Assembly: GCA_039589275.1 (NCBI GenBank) | Contig: JBDHHP010000010.1 | Span: forward strand, 15-64,014 | Length of the DNA stretch: 64,000 nt | Direction: 5' to 3' | From: Gemmatimonadota bacterium | Lineage (GTDB): Bacteria; Gemmatimonadota; Gemmatimonadetes; Gemmatimonadales; GWC2-71-9 | The notes under the pieces: model-generated | What the model was told of the DNA's origin: nothing | What the model saw: the letters and a program-made list of their open reading frames with translations, nothing else | Database searches by the model: none | Made by a program: the position numbers and the translations under genes | Part shown: positions 55,465 to 64,000 of the stretch, one piece after another | Position numbering within the stretch: position 1 is the stretch's first letter | Layout of the letters: the number at the start of each line of letters is the position of its first letter

Positions 55465-56552
55465 AATCTTCGATCCAGCACTATTAAGTTACTATCCCCG
55501 AAGGCGTTGTGCTCGACTGGAACCCACCGGAGCGCCTCCGCCAAGCGCACCGGAACTCGCTCCGGGAACGCTGCCAGCCCCTGGCCCAACAAGATCGGTG
55601 CCTGAAACAGGTAGATCCGATCAGCCAACTCGGCCGTAAGCAGCGCAGCAGCCAATTCAGGCCCTCCCTCGACCAACAGGGACCTCATTCCGAAGGCTCT
55701 GAGAGCCTCGAGTCCGCCCAATAGGCCATCGCCTTCAACCACCTCCACCGCAGTTCCCGCTAGCTTCCGCTCGGCCAATTGACGGTTGCCCAGATCCGTC
55801 GCAAGAACCGTGGGGACCTGAGCGGCGGTGCGCACCAACTGGAGCTCCGGGTCGAGTGACCCCGACTGAGAAAAGACGACGCGCTTAGGCGGCACGCGCG
55901 GTTGCACCGCACCTCGGGTTGTGAGTTGCGGATCGTCAACCTCTGCCGTTCTTCTTCCGACGACAACGCCGTCGAACCCGGCTCGCAGCCAATGGACATG
56001 ATCTCGGGCCTCAGGGCCGGTAATCCACTGCGACCTGCCCCATTTGTCGGCCATGAAACCATCGAGTGAGGTCGCAAGCTTGAGGGCCACGAACGGCCGC
56101 TCTGGCCGCGTCTCCGCCCAGAGGAAAGGGGCGTTGAGCGCCGCTGCGCGTTCCTCGAGCAATCCCGATTCGACCTCGATTCCAGCCCGGCTGAGAGTCA
56201 ATGCACCTCCCGCTGCCACCGCACTGGGATCCGACACCGCGAAGACGACCCTGGCCACTCCCGCCGCCAATAGAGCGTCGGTGCAGGCCGGCGTCTTGCC
56301 GACGTGCGAACACGGTTCGAGGTTAACCACGCAGGTCACGCCCTCGGTATTCTCGCAGGTGGTGAGAGCGGCAACCTCAGCATGAGGACCACCAAACTCG
56401 TCGTGATGTCCCTGCCCGACTATCTCGCCATCTTTCAGCAACACGGCGCCAACCATTGGGTTGGGCGCCGCTGTTCCCCATCCCCTTGCGGCGAGATCAA
56501 GCGCTAGCTCCATCGCCTGTCGTTCGCTAGTCAACGATGCGAACCCCCTCAC
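55449..56552 (-). CDS. ribD: Bifunctional diaminohydroxyphosphoribosylaminopyrimidine deaminase / 5-amino-6-(5-phosphoribosylamino)uracil reductase
   Basis: PNPMVGAVL...HAEVAAL...NLEPCSHVGKTPACTDAL is the deaminase domain. The reductase domain is KLATSLDGFMAD...LLVEGGPELA. Confidence 0.9.
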   Translation of the reverse strand: MRGFASLTSERQAMELALDLAARGWGTAAPNPMVGAVLLKDGEIVGQGHHDEFGGPHAEVAALTTCENTEGVTCVVNLEPCSHVGKTPACTDALLAAGVARVVFAVSDPSAVAAGGALTLSRAGIEVESGLLEERAAALNAPFLWAETRPERPFVALKLATSLDGFMADKWGRSQWITGPEARDHVHWLRAGFDGVVVGRRTAEVDDPQLTTRGAVQPRVPPKRVVFSQSGSLDPELQLVRTAAQVPTVLATDLGNRQLAERKLAGTAVEVVEGDGLLGGLEALRAFGMRSLLVEGGPELAAALLTAELADRIYLFQAPILLGQGLAAFPERVPVRLAEALRWVPVEHNAFGDSNLIVLDRRLCLPE

Positions 56553-57552
56553 CTTGTACGATCTCCCCCACCACCCACGATCTCACGGCTTCTGAGCGGG
56601 CCTGCTCGCGAACCTGGGCAACGTCGGCCGGCGACACTATCGCGATCATTCCCAAACCCATATTGAACACGCGGTACATCTCGACCTCTTCCACCTTGCC
56701 CGCCTCCTGCAGCACACGAAACAGCTCCGGGATGTCCCAAGCTGACTTCGTCACCGAAGCGGCGCATCCGTCGGGTAGCGAGCGGCTCAGATTGCCGGAA
56801 ATGCCGCCGCCAGTGATATGAGCCAGTGCACGCACCCTTTCGAGTGCCGGACCGACCGCACTCCAGTAGCTTCTGTGGACGGCCAAGAACGCTTCCGCCA
56901 CCGTGACTCCCAATCCCGGTACCAGCGATCCGATCCCCAATCCCAGACCTTCAAACACGATCTGCCGTGCCAACGTGTATCCGTTGGTATGCAGACCACT
57001 CGATTCGTACCCCACTAGCACATCGCCGGTACGCACTCCCGCGCCCATGATCAACGAGTCACGCGCCACGACCCCAACGATCGTGCCCGCCAAGTCGTAG
57101 TGGCCCTTGCTGTATAGGTCGGGCATCTGAGCGGTTTCGCCTCCGACCAGAGCCATATGATGCTGTCGACATCCGCGCGCCACACCCTCAACCAGTGCAA
57201 CCAGAACCTCTTCGTCCAAATCCGCTCCGGCCACATAATCCAGGAACGCGACGGGCTTGGCCCCGTGCACGAGGATGTCGTTCACTGAGTGATTGACCAG
57301 ATCTTCTCCAACTGTATCGTGCCTTCCCGCCTGGATCGCCACCAACACCTTGGTACCCACACCGTCCGTACTCATGACAAGGGTTGGGTTCTTCACGTCA
57401 TCGGGGACCCGTATCATGCCGCCGAAGGCACCGAACCCGCCCAACGTGAGCGGCGTGTGAGTCGATACCACAGCGGCCCTGATCCTCTTCTTGGCGTGGT
57501 CTGCGGCATCGAGATCGACGCCCGCCGCCTTGTATCTGTCGGCTGTGCTCAT
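56527..57552 (-). CDS. purM: Phosphoribosylformylglycinamidine cyclo-ligase
   Basis: YKAAGVDLDAADHAK...LVMSTDGVGTKVL...DLVNHSVNDILVHGAKP...GGETAQMP. Confidence 0.95.
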   Translation of the reverse strand: MSTADRYKAAGVDLDAADHAKKRIRAAVVSTHTPLTLGGFGAFGGMIRVPDDVKNPTLVMSTDGVGTKVLVAIQAGRHDTVGEDLVNHSVNDILVHGAKPVAFLDYVAGADLDEEVLVALVEGVARGCRQHHMALVGGETAQMPDLYSKGHYDLAGTIVGVVARDSLIMGAGVRTGDVLVGYESSGLHTNGYTLARQIVFEGLGLGIGSLVPGLGVTVAEAFLAVHRSYWSAVGPALERVRALAHITGGGISGNLSRSLPDGCAASVTKSAWDIPELFRVLQEAGKVEEVEMYRVFNMGLGMIAIVSPADVAQVREQARSEAVRSWVVGEIVQGEGVRIVD

Positions 57553-58469
57553 GGACCAACCACCGCGACGTCGAAACGCACCAGGTCACCGAACTGCCGC
57601 ACGCGATCGACAACATCGGTCGCCTCGATCTCCTCGAACTTGTCTATTGAGAACCGCTCCACCGCGAAGGCACCCATTGCGGCACCATACACCATCGCGC
57701 GACGCAGGCCATCATGTGTGACATCATCAGTCCGGGCCACTTGAGCCATGAAACCGCCAGCGAATGCGTCGCCGGCGCCTGTAGGATCGGACACATCCTC
57801 CAGCGGGAAAGCCGGTACATAGAATATTCCGCTCTGTTCAACCAGTACTGCGCCGAACCCACCAAGCTTGATTACCACCACTCGCGGCCCTCGACTCAGT
57901 ATCCAGCGAGCGGCGCGGTAGATGTTCGCCTCCCCTGACAGATCGAGTGCCTCGGAGTCGTTTACCATCAACACCTCGATCCGACCGAGCAGCTCCATCA
58001 GTTCCCGGCGCTTACCGTTGATCCAGTAATTCATTGTATCGCAGACAACCAGCTTGGGCGTATGCACTTGTTCCAGCACGCGCAGCTGAAGTACTGGGTC
58101 GATATTGCCGAGGAAGACATACTCCGTGTCGCGGAACTGCTCCGGGATCTTCGGATCGAACTCGGCAAACACCCCGAGCTGCGTGTCGAGCGTCTCACGC
58201 TCCTTGAAATCGCGGGAGTACTTACCCTTCCAGCGGAAGCTCGCTCCCGACTTGCGCTCAACTCCGCTCAGGTCCGCACCCTTATTCGCCAGGCCATCCA
58301 GCGCCGATTCGGGGAAATCGTCACCGATGACGCCTACAACCTGCACTGGATACAGCAGACTGGCTGCATGACTGAAGAAGACTGCGGATCCGCCCAGGAT
58401 ATCATCCCTAGATTCAAACGGAGTCTGCACCGAGTCGAGCGCGATGCTGCCAACAATGAGAAGTGACAC
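57549..58469 (-). CDS. PfkB-family carbohydrate kinase
   Basis: GGSAVFFS... and the C-terminal anion-hole motif DPTGAGDAFAGGF. Confidence 0.8.
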   Translation of the reverse strand: MSLLIVGSIALDSVQTPFESRDDILGGSAVFFSHAASLLYPVQVVGVIGDDFPESALDGLANKGADLSGVERKSGASFRWKGKYSRDFKERETLDTQLGVFAEFDPKIPEQFRDTEYVFLGNIDPVLQLRVLEQVHTPKLVVCDTMNYWINGKRRELMELLGRIEVLMVNDSEALDLSGEANIYRAARWILSRGPRVVVIKLGGFGAVLVEQSGIFYVPAFPLEDVSDPTGAGDAFAGGFMAQVARTDDVTHDGLRRAMVYGAAMGAFAVERFSIDKFEEIEATDVVDRVRQFGDLVRFDVAVVGP

Positions 58470-58471
58470 AG

Positions 58472-60079
58472 TTACATTCGCTCCGGCGCAGTGACGCCCA
58501 GTATGCGCAGCCCGTTTGCCAATACGATCTGCGCGCCACGAACAAGGGCCAGTCTAGCCCGCTCCAATTCCCTACCTGATCCCACCACTCGGTGCCGGTG
58601 ATACCAGCCGTTGACCAGGCGGGCCAATTCCTCCAAGTAGGCAGCAATTCGGTGGGGCTCGAGCGCCTCAGCCGCCCTGGCAACGATCTTGGGAAACTCA
58701 GCAAGGAATTTGATCATGGACTGCTCGTCTTCCTCCACGAGCAGAGACAAGTCTGCAGCCTCGCATGATATCGCGCTCGCTTCAACGTTTGCCTTCCGGA
58801 AGATGCCCGCAATTCGGGTGTGGGCGTACTGTACGTAGTAGACGGGATTCTCTTCCGACTGCTTCGTAGCCAAATCGACATCGAAGACAAACTGCGCATC
58901 GGCGCGGCGCATGAGAAAGAAGTACCGAGCAGCATCCAGACCGACCTCATCCACCAAGTCGCGCAGTGCCACGAAATCGCCCGAACGTTTCGAGAACCGT
59001 ACCTCCTCACCATGCCGCATCACCCGAACAAGCTGGACCAATACCGCCTGGAAGAATTCGTCCGACTGGCCGAGTGCTCGCATTGCCGCCGTCATCCGGT
59101 CTACGTAGCCGTGATGATCGGCTCCCCACACGTCGATAGCGCGTTCAAACCCTCTCGCGGCCTTGTCGCGGTGGTAGGCGATGTCGGGCAGGAAATACGT
59201 GTACGATCCGTCCTTCTTGCGCAGCACACGGTCTTTCTCGTCACCGTGAGCTTGGGTCGCCAACCAGATCGCCCCGTCTTTCTCATATGTGAGCCCTCGC
59301 TGCAATAGATCCATTAGCGTGTCTTCGACCATGCGTCTCACGTATAGATCGGTCTCACTGCTGACGACGTCGAACTTCACACCGAACTCTGCTAGGTCAC
59401 GGTCCTGTTCCTGACGCTGGCTCTCGACCGCGATAGCGCGGCAACGCGCGATACCGTCCTCCTCCGGAAGGTTCCCGAACTCCCGCCCTTCGCTACGCAG
59501 GATTTGGGCAGCCAGCTCCTCCAGGTAGCCTCCGTGGTAGCCGCCCTCGGGTACTTCTCTATCCTGACCGACCGACTGCTGTACCCGCGCCCATAGCGAC
59601 TCTGCCAACAGATCGATCTGCACGCCCCCATCGTTCACGTAGAACTCGCGTGTTACCTCGAAACCCACGGAATCCAGCAGCGACGCGATGGCATCACCTA
59701 TAGCCGCACCACGGCCGTGCCCGACGTGAAGTGGACCAGTCGGATTCGCCGAGACGAACTCCACGTTGACTTTCTTTCCGTTGCCCGAGCTAGAGCGCCC
59801 GTAGTCCTCTGCCTCCGCGAGCACCCTGCGGAGCGCGTCGGATAGGGCCTCTTCCGCAAGCCAGAAGTTGATGAAGCCTGGACCCGCAATTTCCGCACTG
59901 GATACCGCACAGGCTCCTAAATCGAGCCGAGAGACGATCTCGCTAGCCAGCTCGCGGGGATTCTGTTTCAGTCGTTTGGAAAGCTGCAGCGCCAAGGCGG
60001 TCGCTAGGTCACCGTGCTTGGAATCCTTGGGTGGTTCGAGGATGACCTCTGCGTCAGGTGCGCCTAGGTCCGCGGCCAC
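58472..60079 (-). CDS. argS: Arginine--tRNA ligase
   Basis: SANPTGPLHVGHGRGAAIGD (HIGH region). Class I core and the DALR anticodon-binding C-terminus ending ...GVTAPERM. Confidence 0.9.
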   Translation of the reverse strand: MAADLGAPDAEVILEPPKDSKHGDLATALALQLSKRLKQNPRELASEIVSRLDLGACAVSSAEIAGPGFINFWLAEEALSDALRRVLAEAEDYGRSSSGNGKKVNVEFVSANPTGPLHVGHGRGAAIGDAIASLLDSVGFEVTREFYVNDGGVQIDLLAESLWARVQQSVGQDREVPEGGYHGGYLEELAAQILRSEGREFGNLPEEDGIARCRAIAVESQRQEQDRDLAEFGVKFDVVSSETDLYVRRMVEDTLMDLLQRGLTYEKDGAIWLATQAHGDEKDRVLRKKDGSYTYFLPDIAYHRDKAARGFERAIDVWGADHHGYVDRMTAAMRALGQSDEFFQAVLVQLVRVMRHGEEVRFSKRSGDFVALRDLVDEVGLDAARYFFLMRRADAQFVFDVDLATKQSEENPVYYVQYAHTRIAGIFRKANVEASAISCEAADLSLLVEEDEQSMIKFLAEFPKIVARAAEALEPHRIAAYLEELARLVNGWYHRHRVVGSGRELERARLALVRGAQIVLANGLRILGVTAPERM

Positions 60080-60117
60080 CCTGTGCAGCTCGCGGAGGAG
60101 TTGGTCGGTTCCGGCAG

Positions 60118-60402
60118 TCAGGAGTCTGCCCCGCTCTTCGGCTTGATTCCTGGTTTCTTCTCGGACGGCTCGCTTTTCGGCTTGCTCTCGGGTTTCGGCC
60201 CCTCTTCCTTTTTCTCTCCTGCTCGCTTGTAGTCTGTTATATAGAAGCCAGATCCCTTGAAATGTATCCCGGCACCCCCGGTGATCACCCGTTCGCCCTC
60301 GCTACCGCATTTCGGGCATTCCGCGAGCGTTGCGTCGCTGATCTTCTGAAACTTCTCGAACTCCTGTCCGCAGCTGGGACAGCGGTATGAATACGTCGGC
60401 AT
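60118..60402 (-). CDS. FmdB-family zinc-ribbon protein
   Basis: MPTYSYRCPSCGQEFEKFQKISDATLAECPKCGS (CxxC...CxxC), followed by a Lys/Glu/Pro-rich tail. Confidence 0.8.
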   Translation of the reverse strand: MPTYSYRCPSCGQEFEKFQKISDATLAECPKCGSEGERVITGGAGIHFKGSGFYITDYKRAGEKKEEGPKPESKPKSEPSEKKPGIKPKSGADS

Positions 60403-60461
60403 GTGTTCAGTATCCTGAGGTTACCATCGAGTAGCGAACCTAGCGGGGGCCCAATGGTGGG

Positions 60462-62024
60462 TCAACCCGACGGTCGGAACGTCCCCCACACGCTCCTCAG
60501 TGCATCGCTGATCTCTCCGACAGTGGCCCTAGCCTGTGCAGCTTCAAGGAGATGCGGCATGAGCTGGTTCGTTCCATGGGCTGCTGTTCGAAGGTTGTCG
60601 AGCGCTGCATTCCAGCGAGCCCGATCTCGTCGTTCCCTCGCTCCCGCTACGCGCGCGACTTGTCGCCGTGCCAGCTCAGAGTAGTCGGGTGCCCCAATGG
60701 CCGGCGTCAAAGCCTCATCCGTGAAGCGATTGACACCCACCACTACCTGCTCGCCTGATTCAATCTCTCGCTGATGTCGATAGGCGGATTTGGCTATCGC
60801 ATCTTGAAAGTGCCCGCGTTCGATAGCTTGCGCCGCGCCTCCCAAATCGGCCACCTCGTCAAGCAACGCCGATGCGCCGGATTCGATTCGGTTGGTTAGC
60901 GCCTCTACATAGTAGGACCCGCCAAGCGGGTCGGCTGTCTGTGCCGTGCCCGATTCGTATGCCAAGATCTGCTGGGTTCGTAACGCCAGCCGCGCAGCTT
61001 CTTCCGATGGAAGAGCCAGGGCCTCATCGTAACTGTTGGTGTGTAACGACTGGGTGCCACCTAAGACAGCCGCGAGAGCCTGGACGGTGACCCGCACGAC
61101 GTTGTTCACCGGCTGCTGCGCGGTGAGCGTCGAGCCGCCAGTCTGGGTGTGAAACCGCAGGCGGCAACTCCTGTCATCACCGCCGTATCTATCGCGAATC
61201 AACTTGGCCCATAGCCGGCGAGCCGCTCTGAACTTGGCCACTTCTTCAAACAGGTCATTGTGTGCGGCGAAGAAGAACGATATGCGCGGCGCGACCTCGT
61301 TGACATCGAGGCCTCGCTCCACAGCACGATCGACGTACTCGAGACCGTTGGCGAAAGTGAACGCCACTTCCTGGACAGCGGTGGCTCCGGCTTCCCTCAT
61401 GTGGTAGCCGCTGATCGAAATCGGATTGAAGTTCATCTGTTCCTCGGAGATGAACCTCATGATGTCGGTAATCAGTCGAAGTGACGGCTCGATGGGATAG
61501 ATGTACGTTCCTCGAGCGACGTACTCCTTGAGCACATCGTTCTGAATGGTACCCCGGAGTGCGCCTCTCGTGATTCCAGCCTCCTCGGCCACGACGACGT
61601 ACATGGCCAGCAGTATGCCCGCCGTCGCATTGATCGTCATCGATGTGGACACTCTATCAAGCGGGATGCCGTCGAACAGCACGGCGAGGTCGTCAACGGT
61701 ATCGATCGCGACTCCGGCGCGACCTACCTCTCCTGCTGCCACTGGAGCGTCCGAATCGAGTCCCATCTGAGTCGGCAGGTCGAAGGCAACGGATAATCCC
61801 GTCTGACCCGCACCAAGTAGCTGGCGGAAGCGCTCGTTGGTCTCTTCTGCCGTGCCGAATCCAGCGTACTGACGCATGGTCCAGAGGCGACCTCGATACA
61901 TGTCAGGGTGTATGCCTCTCGTGAAGGGAAACAGCCCCGGTTCTTCACCGGGGGACGCGTGATCCGCGGTGCGGTAGAACGCGTCGACCTGTATGCCCGA
62001 CGGTGAGCGCTTCACGTCGCTCAC
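60462..62024 (-). CDS. Methylmalonyl-CoA mutase family, catalytic (TIM-barrel) subunit without a fused B12-binding domain
   Basis: FPFTRGIHPDMYRGRLWTMRQYAGFGTAEETNERFRQLL..GQTGLSVAFDLPTQMG...RISFFFAAHNDLFEEVAKFRAARRLWA. Confidence 0.9.
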   Translation of the reverse strand: MSDVKRSPSGIQVDAFYRTADHASPGEEPGLFPFTRGIHPDMYRGRLWTMRQYAGFGTAEETNERFRQLLGAGQTGLSVAFDLPTQMGLDSDAPVAAGEVGRAGVAIDTVDDLAVLFDGIPLDRVSTSMTINATAGILLAMYVVVAEEAGITRGALRGTIQNDVLKEYVARGTYIYPIEPSLRLITDIMRFISEEQMNFNPISISGYHMREAGATAVQEVAFTFANGLEYVDRAVERGLDVNEVAPRISFFFAAHNDLFEEVAKFRAARRLWAKLIRDRYGGDDRSCRLRFHTQTGGSTLTAQQPVNNVVRVTVQALAAVLGGTQSLHTNSYDEALALPSEEAARLALRTQQILAYESGTAQTADPLGGSYYVEALTNRIESGASALLDEVADLGGAAQAIERGHFQDAIAKSAYRHQREIESGEQVVVGVNRFTDEALTPAIGAPDYSELARRQVARVAGARERRDRARWNAALDNLRTAAHGTNQLMPHLLEAAQARATVGEISDALRSVWGTFRPSG

Positions 62025-63028
62025 GCGCTATCGACCTCGGCCAGGGTCCGTTCCACGAAGGCCACGTCCTCTCGGCTTCCGATCAAGAGAGGAGTGCGCT
62101 GGTGCAGCTTCGATGGGACAATATCGAGAATCGGGGTCTTCCCGTCTGAGGCAGCGCCACCCGCTTGCTCGGCCACGAAAGCAAGAGGGGCAGCTTCGTA
62201 AAGCAGGCGGAGTTTGCCGTGCGGCGACGCTGAATCGGCCGGATACATGAAAACGCCGCCTGAGAGCAAGTTCCGATGAAAATCTGCTACCAGTGAGCCG
62301 ATGTAACGGGCGTTCTTTCTGTGCGGATCCGTGTCACTCTTGAAGGCGTTGACTGCCTTACGGTATCCGTTGCTCCAGCGATGGTAGTAGCTCTCGTTGA
62401 TGCTGTAGTAGCTCCCCGAAAGCGGCGTTTCGATCCTCGGGTTGACGAGCCTGAATTCTCCGATCGTGGGATCCAGCGTGAACGCATGCACCCCGTCACC
62501 GGTGGTGTACACGAGCATCGTGCTCGAGCCGTGGATGACGTAGCCTGCTGCGACCTGCTTGCGGCCAACCTGCAAGCAATCCTCCAGCCCGCCCGGACCA
62601 GCCGTTGTCACACGCCTATGAATCGAGAAGATAGTCCCGATCGATACGTTCACATCGATGTTTGAAGAGCCATCGAGCGGGTCGTGCAACAGGGCATACT
62701 TACCCGGTGAGTTAGGGTTATCGATGGGGACTGGCTCTTCGTCTTCTTCCGAAGCCATGACACAGATGCGGCCGCTCCACGCAAGTATCTGTTTCATGGT
62801 GTCGTTGGCGATCACGTCCAACTTCTGTTGCTTCTCGCCAGACATGTTCGTTCCACCAGCCGCACCGAGGATGTCTACCAGCCCGGCGCGCCGTACGTAG
62901 CCCGAGATGACCTTGGCCGCGAGGGCTATGTCGTAGAGCAGCTGAGTAAGCTCACCGGTGGCGTCCGGGTGCAGCTCCTCTTGGTCCAGGAAGAACCGTT
63001 CGATCGTAACAACCGACGTGTCTGGCAC
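62021..63028 (-). CDS. fbp: Class 1 fructose-1,6-bisphosphatase
   Basis: Start placed at GTG 63028 (GGAGG 7 nt upstream). TIERFFLDQEELHPDATGELTQLLYDIALAAKVI...GEKQQKLDVIAND...DPLDGSSNID...YEAAPLAFVAEQAGG. The 100-aa N-terminal extension in the track ORF is discarded. Confidence 0.85.
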   Translation of the reverse strand: MPDTSVVTIERFFLDQEELHPDATGELTQLLYDIALAAKVISGYVRRAGLVDILGAAGGTNMSGEKQQKLDVIANDTMKQILAWSGRICVMASEEDEEPVPIDNPNSPGKYALLHDPLDGSSNIDVNVSIGTIFSIHRRVTTAGPGGLEDCLQVGRKQVAAGYVIHGSSTMLVYTTGDGVHAFTLDPTIGEFRLVNPRIETPLSGSYYSINESYYHRWSNGYRKAVNAFKSDTDPHRKNARYIGSLVADFHRNLLSGGVFMYPADSASPHGKLRLLYEAAPLAFVAEQAGGAASDGKTPILDIVPSKLHQRTPLLIGSREDVAFVERTLAEVDSA

Positions 63029-64000
63029 TTCAGCGCCTCCCAAGGGGTGGTGGAAACACCCTGCTCGATCTGAAAATAGCGACCATCGGACCGAACCGTC
63101 ACCGTACCCCCGTCGTCCGTTCGAAACACCATCGTACCGTGAGCCAACAGCCTGTCGAGCGTACTGAATGCCGGGTGACCGTATCGGTTGCGACCCACGC
63201 TGATCACCGCAACGCTCGGCGTCAGCACATCTAACCAGGCATCTGTAGTGCCTGCGGAGGCGCCGTGATGTCCGACCTTGAGCAGGTCGGACTCGCTCAT
63301 GACGGGGATCAACAACGATTCTGCGGGCCACTCAATATCACCCGTCAGAACAGCTGTGAAACACCCGTGTTCCAGGCGCAAGACCACCGAGTTGTCGTTG
63401 GGATCCAAGTGCGTGGAGATCCAGTCTCGCCGAGGGTGCAGCACCTCGAGCCGGATTGAGTCGATCTCGATCACGTCCCCGGCCCGGGCAGCGCGCCAGC
63501 TGCCGCCAACGCGATCCAGAGTAGCCAGGTACTCGCGGTACAACTCAGTTCCGAAAGGCTGCCCAGGATCCAGCACAAGTTCGGGTGTCATTTCCGTGAC
63601 TACGGCCGGCACGCCGCCCAAGTGATCCGCGTCTCCGTGGGTTACCACGACTGCCGCAAGCTGTCTCACGCCCCTTTGGCGCAGGAATGGCAGCACAACG
63701 CGTCGACCGGCATCGAATCCAGCAGTGCGCGGCCCTCCGTCAACCAGAATCCATGAGCCGCGAGGCGTGCGAATGACGATGGCATCACCTTGTCCCACGG
63801 ATAGGAAATGAAGAACCAGTTCATTCGAGCGGTACTGGTCTTTACCGAGAGAGGGAATGGCGAACGCCCAACTCGCTATGGCTGCTAGGAAGGCGATGCG
63901 CCGCAGCCGAGGCATTGACGGGCGTCTCACCCGGAACCACACGGCTGATAGGAGCACCAGACACCAGGGCAGCGCGAACAGCGAACCGGCGACACCCGTC
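62926..64000 (-). CDS. comEC: ComEC/Rec2-family protein, C-terminal metallo-beta-lactamase domain (5' end beyond window)
   Basis: LHFLSVGQGDAIVIRTPRGSWILVDGG ... VVVTHGDADHLGG ... LKVGHHGASAGT. The frame stays open upstream of the track start to position 64000 (TGVAGSLFALPWCLVLLSAVW, TM-like). The gene is therefore partial. Confidence 0.75.
   Translation of the reverse strand, partial: TGVAGSLFALPWCLVLLSAVWFRVRRPSMPRLRRIAFLAAIASWAFAIPSLGKDQYRSNELVLHFLSVGQGDAIVIRTPRGSWILVDGGPRTAGFDAGRRVVLPFLRQRGVRQLAAVVVTHGDADHLGGVPAVVTEMTPELVLDPGQPFGTELYREYLATLDRVGGSWRAARAGDVIEIDSIRLEVLHPRRDWISTHLDPNDNSVVLRLEHGCFTAVLTGDIEWPAESLLIPVMSESDLLKVGHHGASAGTTDAWLDVLTPSVAVISVGRNRYGHPAFSTLDRLLAHGTMVFRTDDGGTVTVRSDGRYFQIEQGVSTTPWEALKCQTRRLLRSNGSSWTKRSCTRTPPVSLLSCSTT

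Noticed and set aside
56500-56560. FMN riboswitch (RFN element) upstream of the rib operon.
   Set aside because: The ribD start overlaps the purM 3' end, so there is no leader. The rib genes appear to be co-transcribed with upstream genes.
62021-63331. 436-aa version of the fbp ORF.
   Set aside because: The first ~100 residues are Arg-rich and overlap the ComEC MBL domain coding region in another frame. FBPase homology begins at TIERFF.

Overview
A 64-kb, visibly high-G+C bacterial chromosomal segment. All calls come from reading the sequence and ORF track and from remembered family motifs; no similarity search, RNA covariance model or fold calculation was run. Almost every real gene is on the minus strand, except a plus-strand block at about 16.9-28.9 kb. 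Many long ORFs in the track are GC-driven antisense artefacts. The track also misses two genes that run off the window edges (1-807 and 62926-64000).

The window has three parts.

(1) About 1-16.2 kb is accessory DNA. Its core is an integron-type gene-cassette array with no integrase in view. At least six copies of a private ~132-bp attC-like element, bounded by RYYYAAC/GTTRRRY cores, separate co-oriented minus-strand cassettes. The cassettes encode two DinB proteins, a SAM-methyltransferase plus RsgA-like GTPase pair, a CxxC membrane protein, a lipoprotein, a glyoxalase-like protein and a small coiled-coil membrane protein. One attC is split by a decayed IS110/IS1111-like element. Eroded attC relics continue leftwards past SnoaL-like, GNAT, dehydrogenase and VOC genes.

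(2) About 16.2-28.9 kb starts with a repeat-rich 0.8-kb intergenic region (seven 21-22-bp repeats plus ten TCGATGT heptamers). Two tandem padR-ADOP orphan-permease modules follow. After a minus-strand PD40 beta-propeller lipoprotein gene comes an ECF sigma gene followed by a tightly coupled four-gene operon: coiled-coil protein, Roadblock-like/TM/BON-like/OmpA protein, Ras-like small GTPase and PP2C phosphatase. I consider this operon the best candidate for an undescribed signalling system.

(3) About 28.9-64 kb is housekeeping. It holds a DsbA-like gene, tadA, clpB, selB, recO, and a cobalamin-riboswitch-controlled B12 uptake operon. It continues with ahcY-metK, a mannose-type PTS with ptsI/HPr/hprK/hpf, nusB-ribH-ribBA-ribE-ribD, purM, argS, an acyl-CoA mutase, fbp and a partial comEC.

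No rRNA, tRNA or CRISPR array was seen. The ADOP/PadR pairs, the T9SS-type sorting domain and the TonB receptor suggest an Acidobacteriota/Gemmatimonadota-like Gram-negative organism, but that is only a guess.
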